From Klebsormidium nitens (taxonomy: Eukaryota; Plantae; Klebsormidiophyceae), in NCBI GenBank assembly GCA_000708835.1, contig DF237000.1:128166-192165 (forward strand): DNA of 64,000 nucleotides, read 5' to 3'. Below, one piece after another: positions 1 to 20,411 of this stretch; position 1 is the first letter of the stretch, and each line of letters starts with the position of its first letter. Made by a program: the position numbers and the translations under genes. The notes under the pieces were generated by a model. That model saw only the letters and a list, made by a program, of their open reading frames with translations. It had not been told where the DNA came from and made no database searches.

Positions 1-100
1 GTAGACAAAGTTTCTATTGCAAAGGCCTCTTCAAGAATGGCTCATTCTTTCAAAACGAGATGGAACCCATTGTCAATTGACGCGTGAGTGTGACACTCAC

Positions 101-2470
101 GGAGCACCACAATAGTTCCGAAGATCTTGGTCGGGTTGGCGGTGTCAGCAAAAGTGTACGTCCCCGGGACTGGAAAGACCAGCACCACAGCCGCAAAGGA
201 ACCATCAGTGACGTCATTCAGGTATCCGGTTTCGGCTTCCACAGGGACGATCTTTGGGAGGTCAGATGCGGGAACTGCATCAAAACGAGCGATTGTTATC
301 AACAACTCAGAGAGTAAGATTTAGGGTTTCTCCCATGCGGACCAGACTCCTGCAATGAGCAGAGTACATACAGCGAAAATAGAGCTAGGGTACTCTTCTC
401 TAGTTTTCGATTCCAGGAGCGATTCCAGGAGCGATTCATCTCCATCATCGATCTCTGTTAATCTGTGCTGATTTCTTGTTTCGTTCCTGTTCCACTCATT
501 ACTTTCTGATGAATGATGTGAGGTGGGAGAGGAGATGACAAGAAGATGGCAGCTTCAAAAAATCACAGGCCCAATAATGAGGATACACGACTTTCTGTGA
601 AGCACAGGCGAGAGGCCGGCAGCCAAAGATTGGGCTCCTAATCCATTGCATGGCTTGATCTCCTACATCTAGCAACTCTGGCAGTCTCCTAGCTTAAGCA
701 TCTCGAATCCCCAACTTTTTCGCCAGCTCCTTTAACACATGGAGTTTGAATGCTTGCAGAATCATTCTGAATGAGGCTTAGGGATTGTTGGCAGCTCACA
801 GTTGACGGCATGGGGCTGCCCATCGACCAACAAGAAGGTTGCTGAACAGGGGGCGACGCAGGCAGTGGATCCGAAGTCCTGGGGGGTGCCGGCAGGGCTG
901 AGCAGAAACGTAAACCCAATGTAGGTTGGGTAGATGTCTGGTGCGGCCGCGTCTGCATGAAGCAAAGGCAAAGTTACAGATGAAAGCAAATAGGGGGCAG
1001 TGCATTATATGGGTTGTAATTACAGTAGATGAGGACTTGCCAGCTGGCAACGGCGGCATCTGAAAGAACAGAGGAGGGGCATGTGCCCTCGCAGAAATGA
1101 CTTCAAAAATTCAACAGAAGGTTTGAGAGGGCACTTTCCTGTGAGAACGTACATTCAACCTATTTAATGGTGGTTGAATATAATGGAGGCCAGGATGCTT
1201 TCATATCTGGGGTCCTAAAATTCGCAAGGGTAAGAGGAGGTAATAGTCAAATAGGTGCTGCACCCGCAAGAAGGGTGGGTGAGGGAGGGGGTCACAACAA
1301 TGCTCTTCTTGAAGGGTTGCAGGACTAGTTTAAGTGGAGCCGTTGTAGGTGGGACAAATAAATTGCAGCGGCATTTTCCAAACGTGTGCTGGTTGACAAG
1401 TATTCTGGGGTTGGAAGCTATATCAAAAAGAAGGAACATGATACAACACTGAAAGTGACTTTGACGGGTCACTTTCACCAGCTAGTAAGTTGAAAGGAGG
1501 CGTGCCAAAGGGTCCCCAAACTTATGGAATGCCACCTGTTGAGAGGGTGACAGTCTATGGACTTTTCTTAATGGCATTGCAGTTGAACGGAGAAATACAA
1601 ATATGGTCTCTCCTACCCAGAACCAGGCAGTGCAAGCAGCCTTTGAAGGCCTGTGTCTTGGACTCTGTTCTTTCATGGCTTGTATGAGTTTGCAAGATTC
1701 CCTTTACAAGAATGTTAAGACAAGAGGACAAGGATACCACAAACAAAGGGCAAAGAGCTGGTGATTTCTTCAGGCACAGTGTGCCTGCGTGGCATTCCTT
1801 TTACAATGGCAAAGAATAAGGGGCAAATTTGTCCAGCGTGACGACCAACAATAGTTTCCAGGCTGCTTCCACAGTCCTTAAATGAAGTGACTGCTCAACA
1901 GGAGCCAGCACCTGCTGCCTACCCTCACAAGATACAAGATAATAGTACTCATTTAAGGCTTGAGGAATCTGTTTGGGCTGTAAGGCATTGCCAGGGAGGG
2001 ATTCCAAAGTGTTATAGGGGCAGATAAGAACCTGCCTTTTATGATTTGTATACCAACCAAGGGTAGTACAGAAGGTGGAAAGACCAGTTTCATGAAATGG
2101 AGTCAGCGTCAACACGGTCTTACAACTGCAGAACTAATGGTGCAAGATTCTAGGATTCTCCGGCTGTAATTCATGGAGCCGTATAAGAGACAATTCAAGC
2201 GAATGCTATATATAGATGGGATGCAAGAGAAGCTTTAAGATGGAAAGCAGCAATGGCCTTATCCTTCAAGACTCATCAGCAAGAAACACACTGTAAATAT
2301 AAATGCCAAGTGATTGGCAAGGAAAAGAAAGTCTGTCGATGGATTCCCAGCTGGATGGTCCGAACCGACTCACCAGTCAACATCAAAGCGCCCACCAAGA
2401 GCAATGCCGCCCGAAGAAGCAGGCGCGACGAGGCCCTCATTGAGCTGAAGGTCCGTTGATGGACCGCCAT
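101..2470 (-). CDS. Secreted small protein with a cupredoxin/plastocyanin-like C-terminal pattern; 3' end lies outside the window
   Basis: Exons 2470-2374, 1059-1024, 952-800 and 274-101 join through GT-AG junctions, all in phase 1 (internal exons 36, 153, 174 nt). Translation: MAVHQRTFSSMRASSRLLLRAALLLVGALMLTD...AAAPDIYPTYIGFTFLL...VVLVFPVPGTYTFADTANPTKIFGTIVVL. The N-terminus is hydrophobic and signal-peptide-like. The fold assignment is an inference from the F-x-x-PGTY-x-F...G-x-I-x-V pattern. Confidence 0.65.
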
Positions 2471-3245
2471 TTTCTGCAAATGCTGCGAGCTGGTAAGATT
2501 CGTCAGCCACCGAACCACTCAGAAATCAAAGCTGAGCTGGGCAAATTGTGAATGGATATGCTGAAGTTGTCTTGCGACAAACACATGCGGCAAAGATGAG
2601 GTGCGAGCGCCGAGACAGGGTGTAACTAAACTCATGTGAACTTCTCAGAAGCTTCCCTTGTCCCCTTAATACCAGATGGTGCATTCTCTCCGTTCTCCAG
2701 CTCAGCTGGGTACCGTCAGTGCCGGTCAACTGGTTTCAGAACGCCTAGGACCTACAGAACGCGAAGGTTCCAACTTTCCACCACTTGGAGTCGAACTTAC
2801 TACTGCCAGCTCGCGGTAGTCCGACTGTATTCAATAATTGGCGTCCGAGCTATCTAGGATTAGGGTTCCCCGGTCGGTTGTTCTGCTGATCGGCTTGTCT
2901 TACACGACCACCTCACTGCTCAGATGTTAAAAAAACTCCGTGAACAGTCCGGCAACCTCCTCCGGCCGATTCCCCTCGGTTGTTCGACCCGGGACATCGC
3001 GGCTCCATGAATCAGCACAGTTCGTCGGCTGACGTTTGCCTGCCCAGTGCCCGGTGTGTCAAACCTGCTCAAAGCTGGCGAGATACAACCGGCTACCTCG
3101 GTATTACTGCCGGTACTTAGTCCCGACTCCCAAAGTCAATACGTACCGTACAGGCGGCAAGAAGGCCGGCCGCCTCCATTTACTCTTAAGGGGACTGGCC
3201 GCCAGGCAAATACCGCCAGTAGTAATAACAGGGCTCAGGCCTAGC

Positions 3246-3316
3246 TGACTCAGTGAAGTATCCACGTGCTGATGAGCCACGTGAGGCTGAACCCGGAGCC
3301 ACGTGAGGCTGAACCC
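3246..3316. promoter_or_regulatory. G-box cluster (3x CACGTG) with a 21-bp direct repeat and a TGACTCA motif
   Basis: CACGTG at 3263, 3278 and 3300. gagccacgtgaggctgaaccc occurs at 3274-3294 and 3296-3316. TGACTCA at 3246. About 800 bp upstream of the ATG at 2470 (- strand). Function is inferred. Confidence 0.45.
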
Positions 3317-4932
3317 TCCAGGGCCCGCGGCCGCCCCGAAGGCTTATAATCGCGTAGCTTGAAGCATGCCGGAATCAGCCTTCATATGACATGTACGAAG
3401 AACGACATGGCGGCACTAATCCGAAACTTTAACTTCCCGACGAAATGGTGCCTTTCAATGCGCCAGACAGGTGCCCACCAAATTAGCGCCAATCAACGCA
3501 CTTTTTGGCCCCTTTTTGGCGTTAGAAGGGCACCATTCATGTCTTCGGCGACTAAATGACGCCCAATTGGCACAGGCCTTGTGGGCGTTAAATATGCTTG
3601 AAATACAAGGTGGTACCTTATTGACAATGAAAAGACAAACTAACAGATACGTCGACGCAAGTACTGTTTGGCTCGGCGCAGTTTACAACTTCAGGCGTCA
3701 CTCAACCGGGGGGAAAGCTTTGTAATTAGGTAGTAGGCAGCTCATTAGGACAATGTCAGGAAATTTTAACTCGGCACCCCGAGAAGTAGGGGCTGGACGG
3801 ATCCAGCTGGAGGCGATCCATCTCAAAGCGTTCAAGTATATCATATAAAAGGTCAATCTGTCAAAGTAGGGTGGCAGGAGCCCTGACAACAATATATTCA
3901 GGGGGGGGCTCAGCGGATATACCAGGGTCTGATGACGTCAGCAAATAAGGGCCTCAGAGTGTTGAAGGGATTGTATTTGAACGTTCGCTTGACAGCTCGA
4001 CGATATCACATGAGTGATTGGATGCCAAGATGAAAACTCCAGTTTTCAACGTGTGTTTGTGCGGTATTCTATGTGCTGACGCTCGATCCGGGAAGCACTT
4101 ACAATGGAAAGAATTGTCGTATCATCAATAAGAAGGTGATGCCATTCGCTGCAGATTTGCGTGCTTTTAAGAGCAGTCTTTGATAGGCGGTTATTTAGTT
4201 CAACAAATGTTAGGAAAGCCATGAAACAGGGGCGCTTGCGGCCGTCCGACATAACGTGCAGCAATAAGTCTAGTACGATTATTATGCGACGAGGCCCGTC
4301 AAACCTTTTACTTAGTACCAGATTTCACGAGGATGCCATTGCCTCTATGGAGTGCAGAGGTCTCTGTGACGTTAGAAGAATGATTTGACCAAAAAGTATC
4401 CAAATCTTGCACAATTTTTGCAAGCTGGCTCCTGCACATCCGCCTGCTTACTACCCCTACAAACACTTCGGCGTTCAGTCGAAAGCTCCTAGATGTGGGC
4501 TCTCCGGCAGGATTTATTGGACCCTAGAAGAAAGAATGTTTTCTATCGCGTGCGCGGGCATCTTTGTAACACTCATTATCTGGTCACGCCTTCTAGCGTT
4601 CCTCCTCGAGTTTCAGATCCTCCACTTGAAGTCACGTAGAATCGGCTAAGAAGCCGGCAAATCCTGAGCCCAGGTTTCGTATCTGCAGCTTGCATGACTC
4701 AACTCGTATCCGGCCGGATCTTAGCTATAAGCGTTACTTTCTTCTACAGTAGCATCTTACCCGTTGCCTTCAATCATGTGCGCCTCTAGTCACCTTTGCG
4801 GCCATGGCACGTCAAGCAAAACCCGGTGTCCTAATGACAGTCCTCTTTCTGAGGCTCAGCTCGTGAACGAAATCGTCTACCTGTCAAGACTACAGCTTCC
4901 GTCAAGTTTGGTAGACAGTGTTTGTGGCGTAT

Positions 4933-13469
<8,537 letters not shown>

Positions 13470-14565
13470 GGAACTGGGGGCTCCTGAATGGAGCCTTCCC
13501 CACGTCCCTTGTATTCATAGGTAGCGTCTGCTAACCCCGCTTGGTGTCACCTAAGAACAAACTGCATTCGTTTGCAACCAGCTTTTAACATGGCCTGCGG
13601 TTAAGCCTGCTTTTCTTTGCCAACCTGCTTTGCTCAAGAGGCGTAATCTGCACATTTGCAGTGCACATAACGACTGTGACAGATTTCTATCCTGCTGATT
13701 GCTGTTTGATTGTTGTTCTATAATCCTGATAGTCTCTGCATTGCTCTGTCTCTCCCCCTTTCTCTGCTTCTCTATGGATCGTCCATATTTGCATGCAGAT
13801 TATGCATCTTCTCCATGCATTTATGCATTTCAACAGCCTCATTGCAGGGGAGTCTACGGTGCCTTTGTCAGAGATTGCTTGCCAAGCCCCTCTTCCACAC
13901 CCAAAGCACAGCGAATGCAGAGACGTCCTGCATTGGTTATGCAATGTTTCGCCTTTCCTTCTGCTTGGCAGCCCTCGCTCAGTTCCTGAAGGGTGCCCTG
14001 ACACGATAAAAGTAAGCAGTTTGTTCTATCTGCATTTGTAAGACGTGTGGCATGCCCTGACAGAGCAAGGCTTCCCCACAATCTCCATGAAGCAGCACCC
14101 AATGCAGATTCTAACCATAGCCACACTGACATGCCTCCATCCTCTGGTTCCCTTCTTCCTGACCCTGACACTTGAAAGTACTTGTAAAATGTCAGAACTT
14201 GGCCTAAGGATTCAGTTAGCAAGCCTGCAAAGAGCTTTCCATCCAATTCCAACTCAAGTGATGGCAGGGCAGCGCTGCCGTCATTGTTGACGCAATCCAA
14301 GGACCAAATGCCTCATTTAATGCTCAGGCCGCTGGGTACAAATAGAGGATAATATCCAGATAGCCGCATCAAATCCCAGGGTAAAGACAGATTCTGACAC
14401 GCGTGGGGACTCTGAAGTTGCGGCCAGACGTACACTGCAGTCAGCATAACATACATAAAGCATCCACACCGTCAAAGCATGTGTCTGCCGATCCGAAGTT
14501 CTTTCAGCGGCGCTCAGCGCTGATGTCAGCATGTCGTCGGCCTAGGGCAATCTATGAACACAAGG

Positions 14566-14931
14566 GTACTTGCCCAGTACAAGAATTCCAATACCGAGAG
14601 ATACCTACCACCTACAGAAGTAGCATCCACCATGGAGCCGCAGAATTGAAGTTCACCGTAGGTACTGAGCGTACCTACTGACATAAGCTACCGAACGACC
14701 GGTATACCTAGTGGTGAGGGCTCGTACCTACTGATATTCGTGGGGTACCAGCTAGAGACGGTACTTTCGATCACAAGCCTGCCTCACCCAAAGCAACCAT
14801 CGAAACATCAATTACACGCGCGCAGATCTACTTGTACCAGCGACAATCGTCGATGTGTAATGTATCCAAGATTCGAACGACGATCAGGCTGGCGGTGCAT
14901 CTTGATCCGCACCGACTGCCAGTGCCGGTAC
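14566..14931. promoter_or_regulatory. GTAC-dense putative divergent promoter between the DYRK gene and the hypothetical gene
   Basis: GTAC at 14566, 14577, 14662, 14671, 14724, 14745, 14761, 14834 and 14928. cgtacctactga is repeated at 14670 and 14723. Confidence 0.4.
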
Positions 14932-15648
14932 ACAGAGAAGACCGGAAACCTGGAAACCCTCAAACCTTGGCCGCTCATCCGACCGCGGCCGCGGACAGCC
15001 CGGCCGCCCGCCTTTCATCAATCCTACGTGCGGCTCCCAAGTAAGGGCAGGGCATGTTGAAGAAAACGTTCAAGGCTGCTTCTTTACTGTTTGCAGGAAG
15101 TAGGTCTAGCTACACGTCAAAATCGCGCTCTCAGAAGAACACAAGAAGTAGAAGCAGCATGGGGAATACTTCCGAAAGCACAGGTATATTGTGGCCGGAT
15201 ATTTCAAGGAGACGGAGATTTGGCTTGTTGAGTTTGTTGCTTTGCGAAATTGAAAATGGCCGCGATTAGTTTCTTCCAGGAACAAAAACATGCACCTCAG
15301 CTGGATGATAAAGAGGGTTTGAATGTATATTAGCTGACATCTCGTTTTTTCAATCTGGTATCAGTCACGTATCAGTGCGTATCTTTACTTTGATCCAGCA
15401 GATGCTTTATTGGGTGTTGTTTCCATCTGGCGTGTATTTTTTTTTATCCAGCAAATTTTGTATCGGGTGTATGCTTCTGGTGCATGTGCCTCTGAGAGAG
15501 ACACAGGGAAAGGTTTTCTGTCATTTGAGGACCCATAGAACTATGCATTAATGCAATTGAGGAGCAATGTCATCATTTCCTGGTCGAAATTGCCACAGGC
15601 TCCTACAGACTAAGTCGCAGGCTGTGGAGCTCACGTTTGCATGTGCAG

Positions 15649-17009
15649 GTTCAGAATCTGAGCGGACCTGGGACATTTATGTGATACAAGAAGGCTTAGC
15701 CGATGAAGCCTGCGCAACCAGCCTCGCTCCCTGGATGAGGGTACGGCTCCCTGAAACGGACAACCTAGAGTACTGGAAGCCAGTAGAGGACAAGGTTGCC
15801 AGCAGCTTGCCCATGAAAAAGCTTTCCTTGGACCTGCTGACGAGCATCGGCGAGGATCTTCCAATTTGGATCGACCTGAGGAGCCTGGAAGGAGAGCCAC
15901 TGCCACGGGGTTTGTCGCCGGCAATCGGGGTGCGGTCAGGCGACATTGGTGAGGCCTCCTTGTTCTGCAATCCACTGCTTTTAAGAGGAGTCGTGTCGTG
16001 GCTCACCCTACATACGCCGCTACTAGCGTTGAGGATGCTTACCCTAAGATACTGTTTTCAGAGTTCGCCGCATCGGTTGGTTCAGCTGGCAAGAGAAGCT
16101 CGTTTCTCGTTTGCGGTAGTGACAATATGCGCCTGCTCAATCGGTTTGCCTCAGGGTCTGGCTGGGCCTCGGGACACTTTGTGTGCCTTATGACGTAAGA
16201 TCTATAGTTGATCCGAGTGTCACGCAATCCTCTCATGCAATCGTCCTCATTTCTCCTGACCTTCGACCCCAACTTTCTGCAGCGAACTTCGCAAAGATGG
16301 CCCTCGTGTATGAAACGGGGCCGGGTGAGGAGGTCGACCTCCGCGAGCACGTGCCGAACCAGATCATCGTGCTTCCCCGCAGCCAAGCTCCCAAGCTGAC
16401 TCTGGAAGCACTCCGGAAGAAGCTGCCCGGCCGCAGATTCGAGCTCCTTCGGCAGGGCCAGTACGATTGCCTGTGTCCTAAGTGGGAGGAGTTGTCCGAG
16501 AAAACCAAACAAGCCTTGCCTGCGGACATGTTGCGCATCAAGGCTGTTTCGGACAAGGTCTCAAGTGAGGCGCTGACTCGCAAGACCCTCCGCTCGACTG
16601 GCGCAGGGTCGCTTGTAATCATTTGGATTGTCCCGCATGTCTTCATCAAATCTCCTACGGACATGTCGGCAGCAATTGAACGCACGAGTTGGTTGCAGCC
16701 TCTTTGGAGCTGTGCCTACGCGATGGTCTTCTTCGTCGCAGACACCGTTCTGCAACGGACAAGTATTGGTGTGGTTGTGCCAGAGAAAGCATTCTTCTGA
16801 AGGGAGATGATGCCTCCAATAGGGTCCCTTTTTGCGGCCCAGTGAAGTTTGTGTCCCAGATGATGCTGGTGTTAGGCAGACTACTGTATCTCACGAGGGT
16901 GGCCCACAAAAGTGCCCCGACTGACAATTTACTGTCTGCAGAGAGTGCGACATTCTTGCAAGGAGATGACGAGGCAAAGGCACGCCCGGCGAGGAGGCGT
17001 CACTTGCAG
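15649..17009 (+). CDS. Multi-exon hypothetical protein; start and end uncertain
   Basis: Candidate exons 15649-15948 (tgcag|GT..ATTG|gtgagg) and 16283 to about 16564 (tttctgcag|CG..TCAA|gtgagg) are phase-1 compatible and GC-rich. Peptides include WMRVRLPETDNLEYWKPVEDKVASSLPMKKLSLDLL and LVYETGPGEEVDLREHVPNQIIVLPRSQAPKLTLEALRKKLPGRRFELLRQGQYDCLCPKW. Possible further exons near 16061, 16742 and 16961. No family recognised. Confidence 0.6.
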
Positions 17010-18819
17010 GTGCGCTCCGCCTCCCTCCTGTTTTCGTACTTCATTTCTGGGCAGGTTTTTCTTCTGCACCTGTAGTACGTTTGGTTGTGCTTCATTCTTG
17101 GTGTTACCTTTCAAACAGTAAGGTTACACTTGTCCCGGCTTTTCTTGATGGGACACTCTGATTGAATATTAGACGTTTGCAAGAGATTTTGCGAGGCTTC
17201 TATATAGTAGTCATGCCGGTCAGGGAGGGCCAGGGACACCTTGTTTTGGCAGACTCAGTCAAGTCAGTGGTAACCCCGTAAAGTATACTTCGTGACTTTT
17301 TGCTGCTTGCAGAGAGGATTGGAGGGCCTGTATCAACCTCTTCTATTGAGCCACTGATAGCGACCTTGAGAGGATATTTGCCGGCTATATGTACAGCTTT
17401 TGGTGATCGGAGATTGTGGTATGTTTTTGAATCAGCTTAGTATCGAAACTGCACTTTGTCAGGGTCAAGGGAGTAGGAAGATCTGGTGCCATCTCATGAT
17501 GGTTAACGGTCAGAACTAAGATACGCTTAATCTTAGATGTCGGCCTGTCAGCTGTACAGTGGACTTTTGAGGGCTTGGCTTCAAAGCCCTAGTATGTATG
17601 TCCACGTATCTAATAGACATTGCTTCAAAACGATTGAGCAACTGTGTATAAATACACAGCTGCACCCTTGATCATGTAGCCAAGAGACGTAATTGAGGCC
17701 ATTTGACCAGGGATGCAGGGTCCTGATCGAAGCTGCAACTCTTTCGGGTCACTCTGGTCAATTGTGACCGGCTCAAGCTGCAGCAAGCTAGGTGCCTTAG
17801 AACGACTCACGGGCACAGAATCATTTTCCTGCTCATCAGGTGCCGATAGTTGCATGGATGTGTATGTGCCTTTATGTAACAGTAGTTTGTCTCAGTATGA
17901 CAGACACGCTGGCCATCCTGGCTGGCTTTGCAGAATAGCCTGTAGTCGCCAATTCTGGCAACGCGCATGCGATCGAATGGGTGTAGAAGTACTACTAGCA
18001 TCCGTTGCAGATTTTTTTGCCTGATCATCTTGAACGGAATTGGCGTTTCACATGTGAGTGCGTTGCGCGCATTGGTTGCGGGCAGCAGTGAGCCCTGGCT
18101 CATGTGATGATTAGCTTATGACCGGTCAATTTGACTGATCAATCATTGGATCAATTCAAGGAATAGTGTTGTATCGAGCCGCCGGCAGGGAGGCCGGCGG
18201 TCAATCTTCTGTCCTCATGAGCAAGCTTGAAAGTTGTCTGCAAGGTGATGCAGTACGTCTTCTCGATCGGAAGGACGGCAGAGCATTGACGGTGTCGCTT
18301 TAGGGCTCAAAGCTGACCGGCCGCTAGTGCAAACAGTGCAGCGCGAAATCTGAGCTGAGCCACAAATGTGGAACGAGGAAACAGCTGGTGAAGGCCCGGA
18401 AAATTTTCCGTCTTTGTCTTACAGAAGATTGAATACAGTGGCGAAGTCGAAAACTGGTATTGAAGGTTTGAAGAATTCAAACGGAAGAATTCTAACTTGG
18501 AACAAAGCATCCCTCAGAGAGCACGTGTATTGCACGAACATGATGACGGCCATCAATATTTGCCACTTCCGTTTTAAGTTCACGCACAATCATTATACAC
18601 AAAGCTGACTTTCGTTGACGGAAGCATAAACCACCAGCGCGGCCGCGAACCCGCAAGCACGACCGAGCAGAGTCTGATTCGTACGTCGGCATTCAGCTCT
18701 GTAGGCTTAGGCTGCTTACTGTCGAACCGCCGGAGTTTCACTTCTTCCACTTGCCTCTGACTCCGTTCATTTGATGCTGCCGCTGTGTATATAAGCACTG
18801 GTAATTCTGACATCCGCAC

Positions 18820-19764
18820 ATGAAGCATCTTCCAAGCGACGTGATCCTGGCCATTCTTCGCAAGCTGGCGGTGCAGGACCCGCTTTCCTTTGTGCGAGCA
18901 ACCTGCGCCTGCAAGCTTCTACAGAATGAGGCGGAGAAAGATTGGGACATCTGGTTTGAAGCGCTCTTCAGACCCAAGCAAGGAGAGGGGGATAGCAAGC
19001 TTGATTACCGCTTTCAAAAGAGGACCACTGAGTTCGAAGCTGCAATTGGCCTACTAGGGGGATATAAGCAGCTGGTGCAAGTCCGGTGGGGAAGGCCCGA
19101 GTGCTTTGCCTTTGAACAAACCCCGGAGAATGCGGAATTGAGGCTCCCGAGGAAACCCTGGAAATCCGACTATGATGACTCCGATTTGTCTAAGTATCTC
19201 ATCGTACTCAACGTTCTGGGGAGGCCTCTCTTTTGGGGCGTCTTCCCTCGTTCATCTTACTGGACCCGTCCAGGAGACCAGCGCGATGAAGTCGCCTTTC
19301 GGAAAGATGTCTATGCTGAGTACAAGTGGCGTCTTGAAGTTTACGTACAAGTTTCTCGTCTTGAGTCGGTCTATCCTGGTGTTTCGTACGAGGAACTGAG
19401 CCAAGGTTGGGCCAAGAACAACCGTCGTTTTCAAGAGCAAACCTTGTCGTTGGAGGTTTTTGAAATCTTAGGCCAGAGGGAAAAGCCAGGGCGAACTTCG
19501 AGAAGAGTGGGAAGAAGATACGACTGCTTTCTTCTTCTGAGAGAGATGAATCACAGGTTCAGCTTCCCTGTGGCGTCCTGCCTTATGATCCAAGAACATC
19601 CTCTGGGAGCAAATTGTCGCTGTCCTATCTCAAAAGAGCTAGTGGAGGATTCGGGTCTCCAACAAGGACCGGTGAATGAAGTATCTGCTGGAAGTATCTG
19701 GAACACCTTGCTTGATCTCGAGACCTGGGTTGCCCGGATACTCGAATTAGCATTTAGCCATTGA
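18820..19764 (+). CDS. Intronless F-box-like protein, 314 aa
   Basis: Uninterrupted ATG-to-stop ORF. The N-terminus MKHLPSDVILAILRKLAVQDPLSFVRATCACKLL..W fits the F-box pattern (LP-x-[DE]-h-h-x-x-I-h..L..h..VCK-x-W). The C-terminal region is unrecognised. Confidence 0.8.
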   Translation: MKHLPSDVILAILRKLAVQDPLSFVRATCACKLLQNEAEKDWDIWFEALFRPKQGEGDSKLDYRFQKRTTEFEAAIGLLGGYKQLVQVRWGRPECFAFEQTPENAELRLPRKPWKSDYDDSDLSKYLIVLNVLGRPLFWGVFPRSSYWTRPGDQRDEVAFRKDVYAEYKWRLEVYVQVSRLESVYPGVSYEELSQGWAKNNRRFQEQTLSLEVFEILGQREKPGRTSRRVGRRYDCFLLLREMNHRFSFPVASCLMIQEHPLGANCRCPISKELVEDSGLQQGPVNEVSAGSIWNTLLDLETWVARILELAFSH

Positions 19765-20411
19765 TAGGGACATGCAGCGAATGGTACTGTCAGATATGTA
19801 CTTCGGCGTTAAAGTAGACACATTCCATCAGACTAGCTTTATGTATGTGTATTAGGGTCCTCAAATAATGTTGAATCCTGGACGGTAACAGTTGTTTCTT
19901 TTGAATCTAAAAGCCACAATTGGCATGGCACATACATCAGTACCTATCATTCAACGTAAGATCAGATTGTCACTGCGCATGCTTTTCTGGCGGGCCAGGC
20001 CGCGGGGGGCGCGAGCTTCAGCAGATCCTCCACGGATTACAGGTTTCTTTAGCTCACGTTTGCAGCTTGAGCACCGTCATGGCCGAAGTAGCATGACAAA
20101 TTCTCAATCAGGTTGGGTGCTCAAATGCAGCCGCAGCCCGCTAGCTCAGCGGGGCGGCTCGTTCCTGAGTGCGGTTTTTCATTCCATGGACCGTGATGTG
20201 CCTGGATCATGTTCGGCCACCGTTTGCTCGAAAGATATTTCCGACTGCATATACCTGCATGGCATCTTTTAATGCAGCTGTCGGTGGATCGGTATATCAT
20301 GTGCGTTCGCCTCGCGAACTCTCCCAATAATTGAGTGGTTCCACAGTGGTTCTTTACTAACTGATAGAGTATCACATGGACGTTTTGTCTGGCAATGCCA
20401 CTGCCAGGTCA

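Noticed and set aside
18179-20160. GC hairpins at 18179-18200 and about 20126-20154 as Helitron 3' ends
   Set aside because: No CTRR terminus followed by T at the expected distance on either strand, and no matching 5' TC end identified.
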